A DNA stretch of 63,345 nt, counting the filler, from Jimgerdemannia flammicorona (Eukaryota): the NCBI GenBank assembly GCA_003990765.1. It is 2 parts of 2 records of this genome, joined end to end, with 100 filler letters (N's around TTAATTAATTAA, not from the genome) between each part and the next. Parts side by side here need not be neighbours in the genome. Positions count along the whole stretch, not along the records: positions 31,729 to 63,345 come from RBNJ01000385.1; 1 more part is not named here. One strand, written 5' to 3'. The position numbers were made by a program, and so were the translations under genes. Of the stretch, positions 36,201-49,359 are shown piece by piece. Numbering within the stretch: the stretch's first letter is position 1; the number at the start of each line of letters is the position of its first letter. The notes beneath the pieces were generated by a model. It saw only the letters and a list, made by a program, of their open reading frames with translations. It had not been told where the DNA came from and did not search any database.

Positions 36201-36858
36201 AGTAGTAATTATAATTACTAATAATATAAACCTAATAAAATAGTATAAAATTATATATCTATATATTGTTACATAGTGGTTGCTGAGTTCTTCAAATATG
36301 TCAGATTCACTTCAAGGTGTATCTCTTAGACTAACTCAAGTTTGTTATAAGTAAGTTCTTATTAGAGTACCTTTCCAAGGTCTTATGGTCCTCAAACTTC
36401 TTATTGTTAACTGTTGTAATATAGCGAATGCTTACTCTTGAAAGTACGTCAGATTTCTGTATCTTGAATACTTGATCTTCTCTGACTCCTCAGAGTCCTT
36501 GGGATACAGGGGTGGGTGAGTTCGAAGTGTATCTGCCCACAGGCTTACTAGTTCCTTTGCTATCTCTTTGCTTTTGAACTATTTTGATCTGAGGTTTATT
36601 TACTTGAAGATACTGGGTTATTTATACAAGTTTTGCTAACTATAAGGTGGCTAAGTAGTGAGTTATTCTGCAAGTATCAGATCTTTCAACATCTGCTAGT
36701 ATTTTGCTGATTGCAAACATTCTAACATCTCCTAAGTCTTTGCAAATGTTAAAGTTTCTGCACTTTGCAGAATATGACTGCTATTTATATCGCTAAACTA
36801 TATTGGGAATTGGATTCAGGTACTGTGATCAAATGTCTAATTCCCCTATTTCATGTTA

Positions 36859-37290
36859 CTAATTCAGATCAACCATCACATCTTCCTCCTGAATAGGTGA
36901 TTCATCCTCGGAGCATCCTATTGACTCGAACTCCCAAGCTTCTACGATTTGTATCTCCTTGTACTGTGCAATTTGTGCTATTATGTTCTTCCAGTGTTGC
37001 CTCTTGATATATCCAAACTCTCCTAGAGTTACTTCCCGGAAGTGGGCTAAGGCTGCTTCGTCATCCTTGAATAACTTGTGTACTCTTTTTGCAATCGTAA
37101 TTTGAATATAGGAGAGCTGACATTCCTTGATCCAGTCTTCTTTTCCCATCTTCGGTTTTGAATTCAGTAGCTGTCCTAACTTGAAGTATTCCTGGAACTC
37201 GGTTCGGTTCTGGTAGACCTTGAAATGTGAGATTCATGATAAGTGTGTCTACACTATACTCTGGATGCTGTCGAAGGATTCCTCCATCAT
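36859..37290 (-). pseudogene. E3 accessory ORF (144 codons) between integrase and the 3' LTR, overlapping the PPT
   Basis: MMEESFDSIQSIV*THLS*ISHFKVYQNRTEFQEYFKLGQLLNSKPK is in frame with ORF 36859-37149. The two stops are TAG/TGA at probable CAG/CGA positions. Confidence 0.7.
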
Positions 37291-37375
37291 TGGTGGCTCG
37301 GTGGAACACTACTGTCTTTCTATAGCTCACTGAGCCACGCTAGTGATCTTGAGGGCAGTAGCATTACTTTGTTGA

Positions 37376-38556
37376 CTAGTCATGATACTTCTTGATTCAG
37401 TTTCGGTGAATGGTAGTAGGGATGATTGTGCCTGGGGGTTTTCATAGCCAAAAGGTGGTTCCTTTTATATATTGCACCAGGTAAGGTCCTTCCCACTTAG
37501 GCTCCAGCTTTTGTGACCATGAAGCTTCTACCATATTCCGATACACCAGGACTTTGTCTCCTATCTTGATAATCTCCAGGGGCTTGTGAGTCTTTTCCGC
37601 ATTATTCCGTTGCAATGTCTGCACCTTGTTTATGTAATCCTCAGCCTTCTTCCACATTTGGTGCAGTTTCCGTATCTCCATGTCCACTCGTTTCCATATA
37701 GCATCTCCATTGTTCCTTGAGAACTCTCTTCTCCGAACAGCATTTCTTGAGGGGTGAAGTGGGTACTTTGTGATCTGATATCCCGGAGAGCAGATAATGC
37801 TATTGGCAGATAGTGATCCCAGTTTTCATAGTTATCACAGATCTTGGCGATAACATTCTTGAGGGTCTTGTTGGTCCTTTCTGCTTGTCTGTTTCCTTGA
37901 GGGTAATAGGCTGTAGTCCGAATGTGCTGGATCTTGTATTTCTTGTAGAGAACCTCAAAGAACTGGTTCACGAATTCTGTTCCTCTGTCTGTAGTTACTT
38001 GCATTGGGGTCTTGAACTGGCAGATGATTTCTTTATAGAAGAAATCGGCAATTGACTGTGCATTGGCTTCCTTGAGGGGTCCTACTTCTATCTACTTCAT
38101 AAAGAGGTCTACGATGACAATGATGTATCGGTTGCTGGTCAAGGTCAGAGGTAGGGGGCCAATTACATCTATTGCTATGTGGGCAAATGGTATCGGTTCT
38201 ATATATGCTGATCCCAGGGCTTAGTTCTGTTGGTCTTGTTTTTGTTTCTGGCATTTGTCACACGTTTTGACAAATTGTCTGATATCTTTCTCCATTCCTG
38301 GCCACCATATTATTCTTCTTGCTTTATCATATGTATTGGTTCCTCCTAGATGGCTGAGTTCATGTACTGATTTCATTGCTTGCTCCTTCCTATGCTCTAG
38401 TATAACTAGTAGTTTTCCTTTTCTCAGTATTTCTCCATTGGTTTCGAATTGTTTCCATGTCCTGTTGATAATTGTTTGTATCCATTCTTCCAGATGTTGG
38501 GGCATCTTTCGCTGTCCCAGATATGTGATTATTCTGTAGTAGAGCTCCTTATTCAT
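37376..38556 (-). pseudogene. E3 integrase, separate frame with its own ATG
   Basis: MNKELYY, VHELSHLGG, WWPGMEKDIRQFVKTCDKCQK, VTTDRGTEF and KLEPKWEGPY. Confidence 0.9.
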
Positions 38557-41500
38557 AATTGATTCGTTGGTTGGGAGTGTTTTGGGGTGTCCGTGAGAGA
38601 GCATCTGCATTGGAATTTGTTCTTCCAGGGCGGTGTATGATGGATACATCATAGGCTTGTAACTTTATTATCCATCTGGCATAGATTCCTTTAGGTTGTC
38701 CAGTTGTCAGTAGCCAGGTGAGAGCTGAGTGGTCCATCTGAATGGTGAAGTATCTTCCGGCCAGGTAGTAGTGGAACTTTTCTACAGCCCAGATGACTGC
38801 GAGATATTCCAACTTGAAGGATTCATATTCTTTTTCGGCTCCTCGGGTTCCACAGCTAAGATATGCAATGACATACTCCTTTTTGTCTTCCTTTTGAGCT
38901 AGGACTGCTCCTAGTCCCTGTGCACTTGCATCAGTCTGCAGGATGAATTCTTGAGTCCAATTGGGTTGTCTGAGGATGGGTGCCTGGGTCAGTCTGACCT
39001 TGAGTTCGTCAAATGCTTTTTGTTGTCTGCCAGTCCACTGGAACTTGATGTCCTTCTTGTTGAGTTCATAGATTGGACCTGCGATGTTGGAGAATCTTCT
39101 GATAAATCTACAATAGTAGGAGGCGAGTCCCATAAAGGCTTGGGCTTCCATTACAGTGGTGGGCCTTGGGTATGCTACTACTGCTTGTATCTTGAGGGGG
39201 TCTGTGTGCGTTCCATCTCGATTGATAACATGGCCAAGGTAGGAGATCTCGATTTCTGCAAACTTGCATTTCTTGGGCTTGATGTACAGGCCATGCTTTC
39301 TCAGACTTTCCATTATCTGCTATATATGCTGCAGGTGTTCCTCAGGTATCTTGCTGTAGATGATTACATCATCCACATAAACCATCATCCATCTTCCCAT
39401 GTCATGGCAGAAGATTTTATTCATCATTTACTGGAAGCTTGCTGGTGCATTGCACATCCCGAATAGCATTTGCAGGTAGATGTAGGTTCCATCTGGGGTT
39501 ATGAAGGCTGACTTATCGCTTGCCATTTCTGTGAGTCCGATTTGGTGGAATCCCGAGTATAAGTCCAAGGTGCTGTAGTACTGTGCTTCATCTCCCAGTG
39601 TTATAAGGATGTCGCTGATGAGGGGCAGTGGTTGGCGATCCTTCTTGGTAACTGCATTGAGCTTTCTGTAGTTGACACAGAGTCTTGGGGCAAATTCTCC
39701 AGGCTTGCTTCCTTTTTTCGGGGCTAGTACGACTGGTGAAGAGCAAGGGCTACCGGTTTCTTTGATAATACCGGCTTCTTCCATCTGCTTGATTTCTTCT
39801 CTGAGCCATTCCCAGTAGGCTGGCAGGACAGGTCTTGCTTTTTGGTAAATTGGTTTGGTGTCTCCAGTATCTACCTTGTAATAGTAGTGTGGTGTTTTTC
39901 CTTTGATATCCTTGAAGTCTGTGGCAAGGACATCCTCGAATTCATGGAGTATTTTCTTGAGTTCCTCTTTGAGTGGGAATTCATTTCCAATGGTGTAGCT
40001 GTGCTTATTTGTGGTTTCCTCCTTCTTATGCTCCAGTTCGGTGATCTTGATACTGGCAAATACTCCTTTTCCTATGGATCCGAATCCTTTCTTTCCTCTT
40101 TTCGTTTCCTCCAACTTCTTGACTTCTATGATCTTTGGTTGTCGGACTGGGAAGATCAATATCTGTGCCAGTCAGTCCTTCTTCTTGATTGGGAATGGAA
40201 TAGTAGGATTGTGATTCCTGGCAATGAGTAGTATTTCTCCAATGTAGTCTGAATCGATGACTCCTTCTTCAATCGTAATTTCACTTCTTGCCAAACTGCT
40301 TCTTGTCTTGAGGATCCCGACATGATCCTTTGGGATGGTCATCTCCAGGCCAGTTGCAAGTAGAGTAGTTGTCTGGGGTTCAAGTACAGATTCCTCCACT
40401 GTGGCGATATCCATTCCAGCTGCATTTTCCGATTTGTATTCTGGCAGGACTGCATCAGAGTGAATCTTCCAGATTTTGACCTTGATTTCTTCTTCGTCAT
40501 CACTATCTTCCAGGAGGGCTGGTGGTTCATCATCTTCCTCCTCCTCCTTTTCCTCTTTGGCTTGCTCCTTGAGGGTCTTTTCTCTTCTTTGGTGGTAGAT
40601 CTCCTTGATTTTGCCGGTGCACTGGTAGCACTCATTGACATGCTCCATACAGTATATTCAAATCCCATGTGGGCAGACTCCTTGTGGTGCATATCCTTCT
40701 GCGATCTTCTTGCACCATTCTTCTTCACTCATCCATCCGACTTTCTTCTTCTTTTTCTGTGTGGTCACCATGTAAGCTTCTTCTTGCTCATCTTCCTCCA
40801 TCTTGGAGAGCACTCCTTTGTTGACATTGATGGGAATTCACATCTTCTGACCTCGGTAGATAATCTGCATTTTCTGAGCATTCAGGTCGATTATTGCTCT
40901 GGCTTTATGAAGCCACTGGTTGCCAATAAGAATGTCATAGTTGGTTGCATTGGTTACTATCACATCCACTGGAATAGTTGCTCCTCCAAACTTGATGGGA
41001 ACATCTCGGATTTTTCCCAAAAGAGTGGCTCTTGTACTGTCTGCTGTGACAAACACCAGTTTGGTTGCTTCTTCAACCTCCCATCCCAGGCAGTCTACTG
41101 CCTTCTTGCTGAGGAGGCATCCTCCTGCTCCTGTATCTATGATGGCTTCAAAGATTCTGTCTTTGATTTGGTAGGTTGCATAGGCAGAAGTCTTGTGGTT
41201 GTCTTCTCTTTCTTCTCCAGAATCTTCTTAAACATTGTTGGCTTTAGTTATCTTCTAACCCTGCTCCTTGGTTGTTTCGGCAAGTCCAAATCTCATTTGC
41301 TGTCTAAACGTAGGAATTTCTGCCAGCTGGCCGAAGGTTGCATTGACTTTTTGTTGGCTGAGATCCTTGAAGATATCATACTTGAAGGTCTTGGTTTTGC
41401 GAAGCTTCTTCTCCTTTTCTCCTTCACTAGCTGGAGTAGTTCCTCGGATGATATCTTGAACTGCTTGTTCAAGCTCTATATCTTGATCCATTTCTTCGGT

Positions 41501-42538
41501 TTGGCTTTCCGTGGCCGTTTCCATCTGTTTTTCCACCGGGTTCTTCTTGGGTCTTCCTGGTGGTCTCTTGTAGGGTTCCTTGCGAACATCCTTCTTGGTA
41601 GTCTGTGCAGGGTAGGCCTCCCATTCTTTGTCTGACTCTCCAATTTCCTCGAAGGTGATGATGTTGGCCTGTTTCTTGTTTTTAGTAGCATTGCTCAGCT
41701 GGGCCTTGCGCTTAGTTTCACTCATACATTCATATGAGTAGTGGCCTTCTTCTCCACAGCTATAGCAGGTACCTTTCTTCTTATCTGAGGTGGCAGCAAA
41801 TTTCTGAATCGGGCAGCGATCTCTTCCTCTAATTTCTTTTACTACATCCCCTAGGTGAGCAGTCATTTCGGCGAACTGCTTGGCAAGCTCCTCCATGGGG
41901 TCGCTGTTTCTCTGCTGCTCTGTAGCTCTCGTTTGAGGTGTGTTTCAATTGATCATTGTGGTGGGGATCACACTGATTGCCTTGGGTGCTTCGATTCTAA
42001 CTCCAGTGACTCTTTCCATTGTATGGTCTTGTGGGTGTCTGGCTATCCAATACTGCTGAGCATAGGTGACCTTCTGTGGCAGATCCAGAACTACTGGTGA
42101 TGAGTGAATAGCCATAGCTATCTCTGGGTGGACTCCTTTCATGAAGCTTGCTTCGGCTACTTGATCTCGGATAGCATCAGCATAATCTGCGAGAATTATC
42201 TGATATCAGATTCAGGTGTAGAATGTGTTTGGATCCTCGCTCATTCCTTGGCATGTTGTATTGAGCTGATCCTTCAGGGCTTGCTTAATCTCCTCTATGT
42301 AGTAGGTATTTTGATGCCAGGTCTTCTGTGCTGTCAGTATGGCATCAGCATCATTTCCTGCATGGGTTGCAGCTGTGAATGCTGCTCTGGCAGGACCTCG
42401 TAGGCTGAAGGGCATGAGGGCTACTTGCTGTACTGCTGACAGGGTTCTTACAGCGGCGTACTGCTTGAAATCATCGATGAAAGTGATGATTGATTCATCT
42501 GAGGTATATCCATAGAATACTGGTGGTCTCATATCCAT
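38549..42538 (-). pseudogene. E3 gag-protease-Zn motif-dUTPase-RT-RNase H polyprotein
   Basis: CYSCGEEGHYSYEC; AIIDTGAGG; AAGMDIA, GVIDSDYIGEI and RGKKGFGS (dUTPase, ~40070-40490); VYVDDVII; LQTDASAQGLGAVL. Confidence 0.94.
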
Positions 42539-45354
42539 CTTGTCTTGGTTTCTTGCCTTGGTTTATATGGTTGTTCAGGTGGTGGCAGTTGTTCGTTGTT
42601 CAGCTTGAAAGTGAGGGATTCACTTGAATCACCAGCCAATGGGCACCAAGTTGTAATGTAGTGGATGCTTACTCTTGAAAGTACGTCGGATTTCTGTATC
42701 TTGAATACTTGATCTTCTCTGACTCCTTGGAGTCCTTGGGATGCAGGGGTGGGTGAGTTTGAAGTGTATCTGCCCGCAGGCTTACTAGTTCCTTTGCTAT
42801 CTCTTTGCTTTAGAACTATTTCGATCTGAGGTTTATTCACTCGAAGATACTGGGTTATTTATACAAGTTTTGCTAACTATAAGGTGGCTAAGTAGTGAGT
42901 CATTCTGCAAGTATCAGATCTTTCAACATCTGCTAGTATTTTGCTGATTGCAAACATTCTAACATCTCCTAAATCTTTGCAAATGTTAAAGTTTCTGCAC
43001 TTCGCAGAATATGACTGCTATTTATGTGGCTAAACTATATTGGGAATCGGATTCAGGTACCATGATCAAATGTCTAATTTCCCTGTTTCATGTTACTAAT
43101 TCAGATCAACCATCACACTGTCTTGTTATCTCTTAGATTACTTATAAGGAAGTATGTACATATAAGTGAACTTAACTGACTTTATTTTAGAGAAAATAAG
43201 AAGGATATTTATACAAAATATAATTCAATAATTGCTAAGATATAAAGCTAAATATAAATTTCAATAACTAAAACAAAATACCAGAACAGAAAAAACTACT
43301 AAGTTCCAGAGTCAGTACTGATGGTTGTACAGGTTCCAAATACTGGTATAATTCAGTATTACATCAAAATGCTAGTACTGGAACAATTCTGCATCACCTC
43401 AGAATACTGGTGCTGGCATTATTTAGTATCACATCAGATGCTAGTGCTGGCATTATTTAGTATAACCAAGGGATTTAGAGTAGAATGTTCAGGACTATGG
43501 GAGCTTTATCATCAGAAGTCAGAATATCTTTGAAAGAGATGAGGTCTGTGAATTCATCATCATCATGCATTTCATAAATATTGTATGAGATAATATCATC
43601 ACTGATGACATCATTATGTTCAGCAGTAGAGAAATTAGGAACAAGGAGATCTGTGCTCTCCAGTCTATGAGGTTCTCTTTCACAAAATAGGGAACAAATG
43701 TGGGGTCTTGGGGAGGTCTAACCTGGATGATTGGGTCTTGGAATACTGAGATCAATCCTTGTAAGAATTGGTCTGAGTTGTTCTGGAGGATGGGGTGCCA
43801 GAAGTCTTCTACTTCATCACTATTGAGAGTGATAGTGGACTGGGCTTCTATAGTCACCCTGGCTTCTAGTACATTGATATGGTGAGATGACAGGTCTCTG
43901 AAATCTAAGACTCTAACATACTCCAAGTTGAGGATTGACCATAGTATATGTCTGAAGATCTGATGGATCTTCTTAGCTATCCTTGTCTCATGTATATCTA
44001 TGGTAGTGGCATCTTGTAGCTCTTGAGAGCTGGCCTGTGAGAACTTCTGACAGAGAAGGTTTCCTATTTCATACTTCTACCACATTTGGAGGCATTCAGT
44101 AGTAATGGTGATTCTTATTTCCATTTCGCGGCAGTAGAGGATATAGTGATAAGGGTCACCAGTACCCAAGTTAATACTAGGAGTTCTTCTTGAGCAGGTC
44201 CTCATAGCACTTCTGATATCTTGGAATATTCTTTCTTTGACCAAGATACCTTAGTGGTTCCTTGACCTTGAGATTTGGTGGGTAGCAGACATTTTATTTA
44301 TAGTAAGTCTTTAAGCTATTTTGGGATTGGTGGGTCTTGTTGGCTGCTGTTACTGCAGTTTCTTGATTCTTTTTATATTCCTCAAGATACTTGTACTGTG
44401 GTCACAATAACTCATAATTGGTCATCATTGCTCATCTCATATGCTGTATGATCTTCTTGTGCTCTGATCTGGTAGCTTGCAAGGAAAGACTGTCTTCTGT
44501 ACTGATGTCATCATTCTGGGGTTACTATTATAGTATAAAGTTGATATCTTAATATAATAAGTTAATAATAGTTAATATAAAGTTAAGTAATATAAAGATA
44601 AGAATTTTTTTTTATTTTTTAACTTTAAATAAAGATATATATTTTCAATTTATTAGTTAATAAGTATTAAGTTCTAATGTAATAAATTTATAACTTAAAA
44701 AATATATATTTTAAATTATTTTTAACTTTAAAGGAGGTAATAAAATATACTTAATAATTATAACTAAAGATATTATTACTAAACTATTAAAATAAAACTA
44801 AAATATAAAATAATATATATATTTTATTATTTTATTATTAGAATACTTTTATTTTACCTTATTTTAAGTTATTTATATAAGTTTAGAGTATAAAGTTTAA
44901 GCTATTATTTATAATATTAAGTTAAATATAAAATATATTATATTATAGATATAAATATATTTTACTAATTAATTAAAAATATAAATTTAAAGTAAATAGT
45001 AATTATATATTATTTTACTTTTAAGATAAATGTATACAACTACTAAATTTTTTAAAAAAATATATTAATTGGTTATATAGTATTATTATTTAATTTATTA
45101 TGATATCTTAAATATTATTAGAAATCTTTAGAAATTTTAAATTTATAAATGACAACTTTTAGAAGAGTAAACCTCTATATTAGTGACTAAATAAAAATAT
45201 CATAGTATAAAATACATGTATATGTACAATGAAATCGAATTGACTTAGTAATACGTCATCGATTTGTAATGTTTCACAGAAGTCAAAATTGGTCTGGCTT
45301 CTACCGTATTTGGTCCGCTGCCTAAACCACCACCACGAAATACGCCAAACCACC

Positions 45355-48300
45355 ATGCCCAAAACTCATAAGGTCCGACCTACTACCTTAAATAGAAAGC
45401 GACCAAAGAACAAAGACAAAGGTCAAGTGATTGAAATGGATTTAAGGAGCCAAAAGAAACGTAAACTCTCAGATAGTGAGGGGGCCGGTGAAGGTAAACA
45501 GTTACCTTGAAACTGACTTGTTCTTTGCAAGTCTCTCGTGTGATAATGTATGCTTTATGCACCAACTCAAACTTACTGTTTCAACGGTCGCCAACCGGCA
45601 ATCACCTACGCCAGGTGCGTATCACTTATACTAACAACTATATTGGTGTAGTCTGAGTGTTTGGTGCACTCTAGGAAACGATTGTGGCCTGTTTCTCCTA
45701 GTGGTCGTGATTTGACTTTGCCTTTGATGGATTCGAAACTTGCCGTCTTTTATTCACAGCCCCTCTTAACTCTCTTCTCTACGCACAGGACTGGAGGACG
45801 AGGCCGGCGATGACCCTGTGATAAAAAAGGCCAGAACGTCCAAAATAAGAGGTAAGCGAGCAATCATTCGAATGGTTAGAGTATCAATTTCTATTCGGTA
45901 GTGCGTTTTCAGCAATGGGAGAAAGGGGCTAGGAACCATAGTTACGTAGAGCTCCATATTCTTGAACGTCCAGTAAAGAGAACATATCTGATCATTCGCG
46001 CTGGTTTCTTCACTTCACGGCATCATCGATCTCAGGAAAGGCGATCTCAGGAAAGGCGTCGAGGAATGAGCATGGTAGTGGCAAGGTTGGAGCCAAGAGT
46101 TATCGGCGTAAGGTGTATAACCTTCATCTCGTTCTATTTGCCGGTTGCACTCCTAACATTCTCTGTCATGGCCACATAGAAGCCCAAGACTGTCCTCGTC
46201 CCACCCAAGAAAACTCCTTCCGACGTTGACGATGACCAGATGACGGAAAGCAGTAATATTGCTGCAGAGGTAAAGTAACAATGAATCTCTCCTCCGTCCT
46301 AAGCCTGACAGATCTCTTTTCGCTTGCTATTCTAACATTATCACAAATACCGTTTGTTGCATTATGTGATGACTATGTAGGCGTCCGGAACACCAGTCAC
46401 GGATTTGCAAACGTCATCCGAACTCCAAACCCAGGTCATTTAATATCTCGGACGCGTTGTCTTACCTATGAATAACAACCTGTCAATTAAGCCTCGCTTG
46501 CTATTCTAATATCCTATCACCCTGTTATGACTAATAGATGAGGGGAACCGCGGGAAAACGGAAGCAGATGGATGTTGGGTCCGCTTCCAGATTGGATGAG
46601 GTGAGATTTCTTTCATATTCTTCTTATTTCGACCAGTTTTACGTTTGGTTCTAACTTCCCATCATGAATACTCCTGACATCCCTGTCTCCGTACACCCAG
46701 AAGCAACAAACCATTGACCTGAAGGCTTTTCTGGAGCATTGCAAGTTAGACAAATATTATGACAAAATCAATGAAGCTGGCTGGAATGACGAGTCTGCTG
46801 TTGCGGAGTTCCTCGATTATACTGAAGATAGTCTGAACGAAGTTATTTCCATGACGGGAATGGGAATTTTTGGTCGCGACGCCGTTAATTTCAAGAATGG
46901 TATACAAAAGCTTAAAGGTATATAGTAGACGCTTCGAACTTCCAAATTTATTTTTCTTTCGTCGTCATTTGATTTCTTAAACGTTCAATTTTGCTCTTAT
47001 CTAACTGTACCTCGCTCACCATTGTCAACCAAGGTACGTATTTGAATGTTTGGTGCACCTCTTTTCACTTCTCCTTATTTCGTCAAATATGTAAATCTGC
47101 ATTTCTTTCCTCATTTACTTAACGGTCCACTCTTTCTATTTCATTTTTGATTTGTGTTGCGCGCATCTGTCCGTCCACCCATTCCGACTATTCCAGGTAA
47201 TATATTTCCCTTTGCTTAAATTGTTATATTTATTTCGAGAAAAACCTACTTTCTGAACTGTCAGTGGACAGCCTACTGCTTACTTTTTTTTCATTTATAC
47301 AAGTGGTATAAAAGAACATATCCTAACTCATTTCCAAACCACTCACTTGCAATTTCTTTTCTGTCTCGTATCTCGCTCACACCCCGTTCTCCATCACCGT
47401 CTGCAGCTCCCCAAGGTATACATCTTTTTGCCCTTTCATTTCGTTATCTGCATCGAATGTTGGGCGAGCGGCGTTTGTCTGCTATCAAGCGTGGCTTGCG
47501 TTTACACAATGCTTCGTTTTGCTATTCTTCTCGATTTTTCATTGCTGGATTTGACATTACCGGACACATTGAATTTTCGCGTTAAAGAACGTATTGTAAC
47601 TCTTTCCTACCTTTTGCTTGTACCTCATTCTCCTCAATAGAGCCTCTTCCCAAAAAGGCACACTTGCATGATGGACTCACCCCGATGGAGGCGGTTGAGA
47701 AAGCTGAGCTTACCAGTAAAGCCGTAATGAACGGTTCCCTCAAGCTTTCCAGCCTCAACTTGAAGGAAAGAGTTACCCTACTTGGGTTCTTAGGTCGAGA
47801 GGTCCCCTTTGAAGAAGATTCGTTTACGATGCTGTTCAGAACTGCCTGCGACCTCAAAAACAAGAAGATTCCGGACATCATATCTGTACCCCGGAGCAGC
47901 ATTAGCCTTCCTGTGATCAATATGCCGAGCCTATTTGTCAGGGAGTCTTACAGAAACCTTTATAAATATATTGGCAAAAACTTTACGACTACGCCATCGC
48001 GGGAGACAATGAATCGCATCACCGTCACCGGCACATCTGGTATCGGGAAGTCGGCGTTTCTGGTATACTTTACTATCAGACTTCTTGCTGAGAGCGATGG
48101 CGAAAACCCTCCTATCATCATTTTTCACGCAAAAGGTGAAGATTCAGAATGCTACGCCTTTGGAGGGAAAACGACTTTTCGTGCTGGAAGTATTATTGAT
48201 TTTGCACCCTTGCTCAGACTTCCCGAAACGTGGTACTTGGCGGACAGTGTCTCGCATCCCCGGCTCCGTAAAGCCAAGACAATAATAGCGGTATCGCCAA

Positions 48301-49359
48301 AAACTCTCAATTCTAGTGCCAACGACTACCAAGAAGTTACCAAAAAGTCACCAATTATATATTACATGGAGCCCTGGATACTCGATGAATTAGAATTGTG
48401 CCGCAGCAAAATCTTCACAGATGTGCCAAAAGACTTTATGGAGGAACTTTACAATATGATCGGTGGTGTGCCGAGATACGTCCTGGAAGCTGCAGCGACT
48501 ATATTAGTCCGAGATCCGAATAATAGGGATGGTGCTGTGAAAGGCGCATGTTCTCGTGTCAACAAAGCTATTGACGAAGTTAAGAAAAAGTCTATGCTTC
48601 TGCAATGTGTAGCTCAGGCGAGAGAATATTTGGTTCAGCAGCCGTCTGCTCCACCATTGGCCTCTTCCTCTCGATCACACAACATACCACTTCGAATGGG
48701 CGTCAAACCACATCCTAGAGGAAATTCACAATCAGCTGGATGCCCAGACATGGGAGGAAGTATTGAAAGATCTCGTCAAAGAAGATAAAAATCACAGCGT
48801 CAGGGGACGTCTGTTTGAAATGTCCGTGATTCATATCTTTCGGAAGGGTGGCTATGTCTTCGATGTCAAGAATCTCCAAGATAATACGTCCAGTCGGCCC
48901 ACGATTCCAAACCATCCGCCATACGAAAATTTTCGAAAGCTGGATCTGTCACAATATGACAAACAAAGAGAAGGGATGAAGAAGAACAAGAAGTCGAAGA
49001 AGGCCGAGAAATTACTCCTTCCAACGAATCCTAACTACCCTTGTGTCGACCTAGTCCTAACACCCGACAACATGTTCCAAGTTACAGTATCTTCACAACA
49101 CCTTATCAAACAAACCCCTTTAAAAAATATTGTCGATAAAATCCCGAACTCCGACAGAAAATCTCGGCTATATTTTATCGTACCGGCCGACGTCTATACT
49201 AACTTCCGGCTTCAAAATTACGACACCGAGGACGGTAATGTCGCCAAGAATGTACCTAAGGCTATAACAGATCGCGTTGAACAATGGGCTCTGAAATTCG
49301 ATCTTAGGTCTGCAACAATTGGTAAATCACCTGGTGTGGGAAATGGCGTGCCGTATTAA
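45355..49359 (+). CDS. Multi-exon Crinkler/CR-type gene: low-complexity N-terminus, SAM-like domain, P-loop NTPase, PD-(D/E)xK restriction-endonuclease-like domain. Frameshifted at ~48633 (pseudogene or sequence error)
   Basis: ATG at 45355; GT-AG exons including 46538-46600, 46701-46917 (LKAFLEHCKLDKYYDKINEAGW...IQKLK) and 47407-47415; last exon from 47641 with VTGTSGIGKS, WYLADS, YYMEPW...EL and GGVPRYVL, then in the +1 frame FSSRLLH, RGRLFE, PNYPCVDLV, FQVTVS and LYFIVP. The 5' exon structure is only partly resolved. Confidence 0.85.

Larger units (their letters stand above)
36415..43117 (-). mobile_element. Ty3/gypsy LTR retrotransposon E3, sister of E2 but with unrelated 466-bp LTRs (36415-36880 and 42652-43117)
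   Basis: TG...CA LTRs; 4-bp TSD CTGT (36411-36414 and 43118-43121); PBS 42624-42648; PPT 36881-36893. Confidence 0.96.
36267..44532 (-). repeat. Solo LTR of the E2 family, split by E3 into 36267-36414 and 43118-44532
   Basis: Both parts are reverse-complement matches to 28992-30528 and include the accessory ORF (piece 43519-43926). Flanks ATAT/GTAT are compatible with a mutated 4-bp TSD. Confidence 0.9.

Noticed and set aside
40460..41635. 391-aa plus-strand ORF
   Set aside because: Antisense to E3 gag-protease, Phe/Leu-rich from strand bias, with no recognisable motifs.
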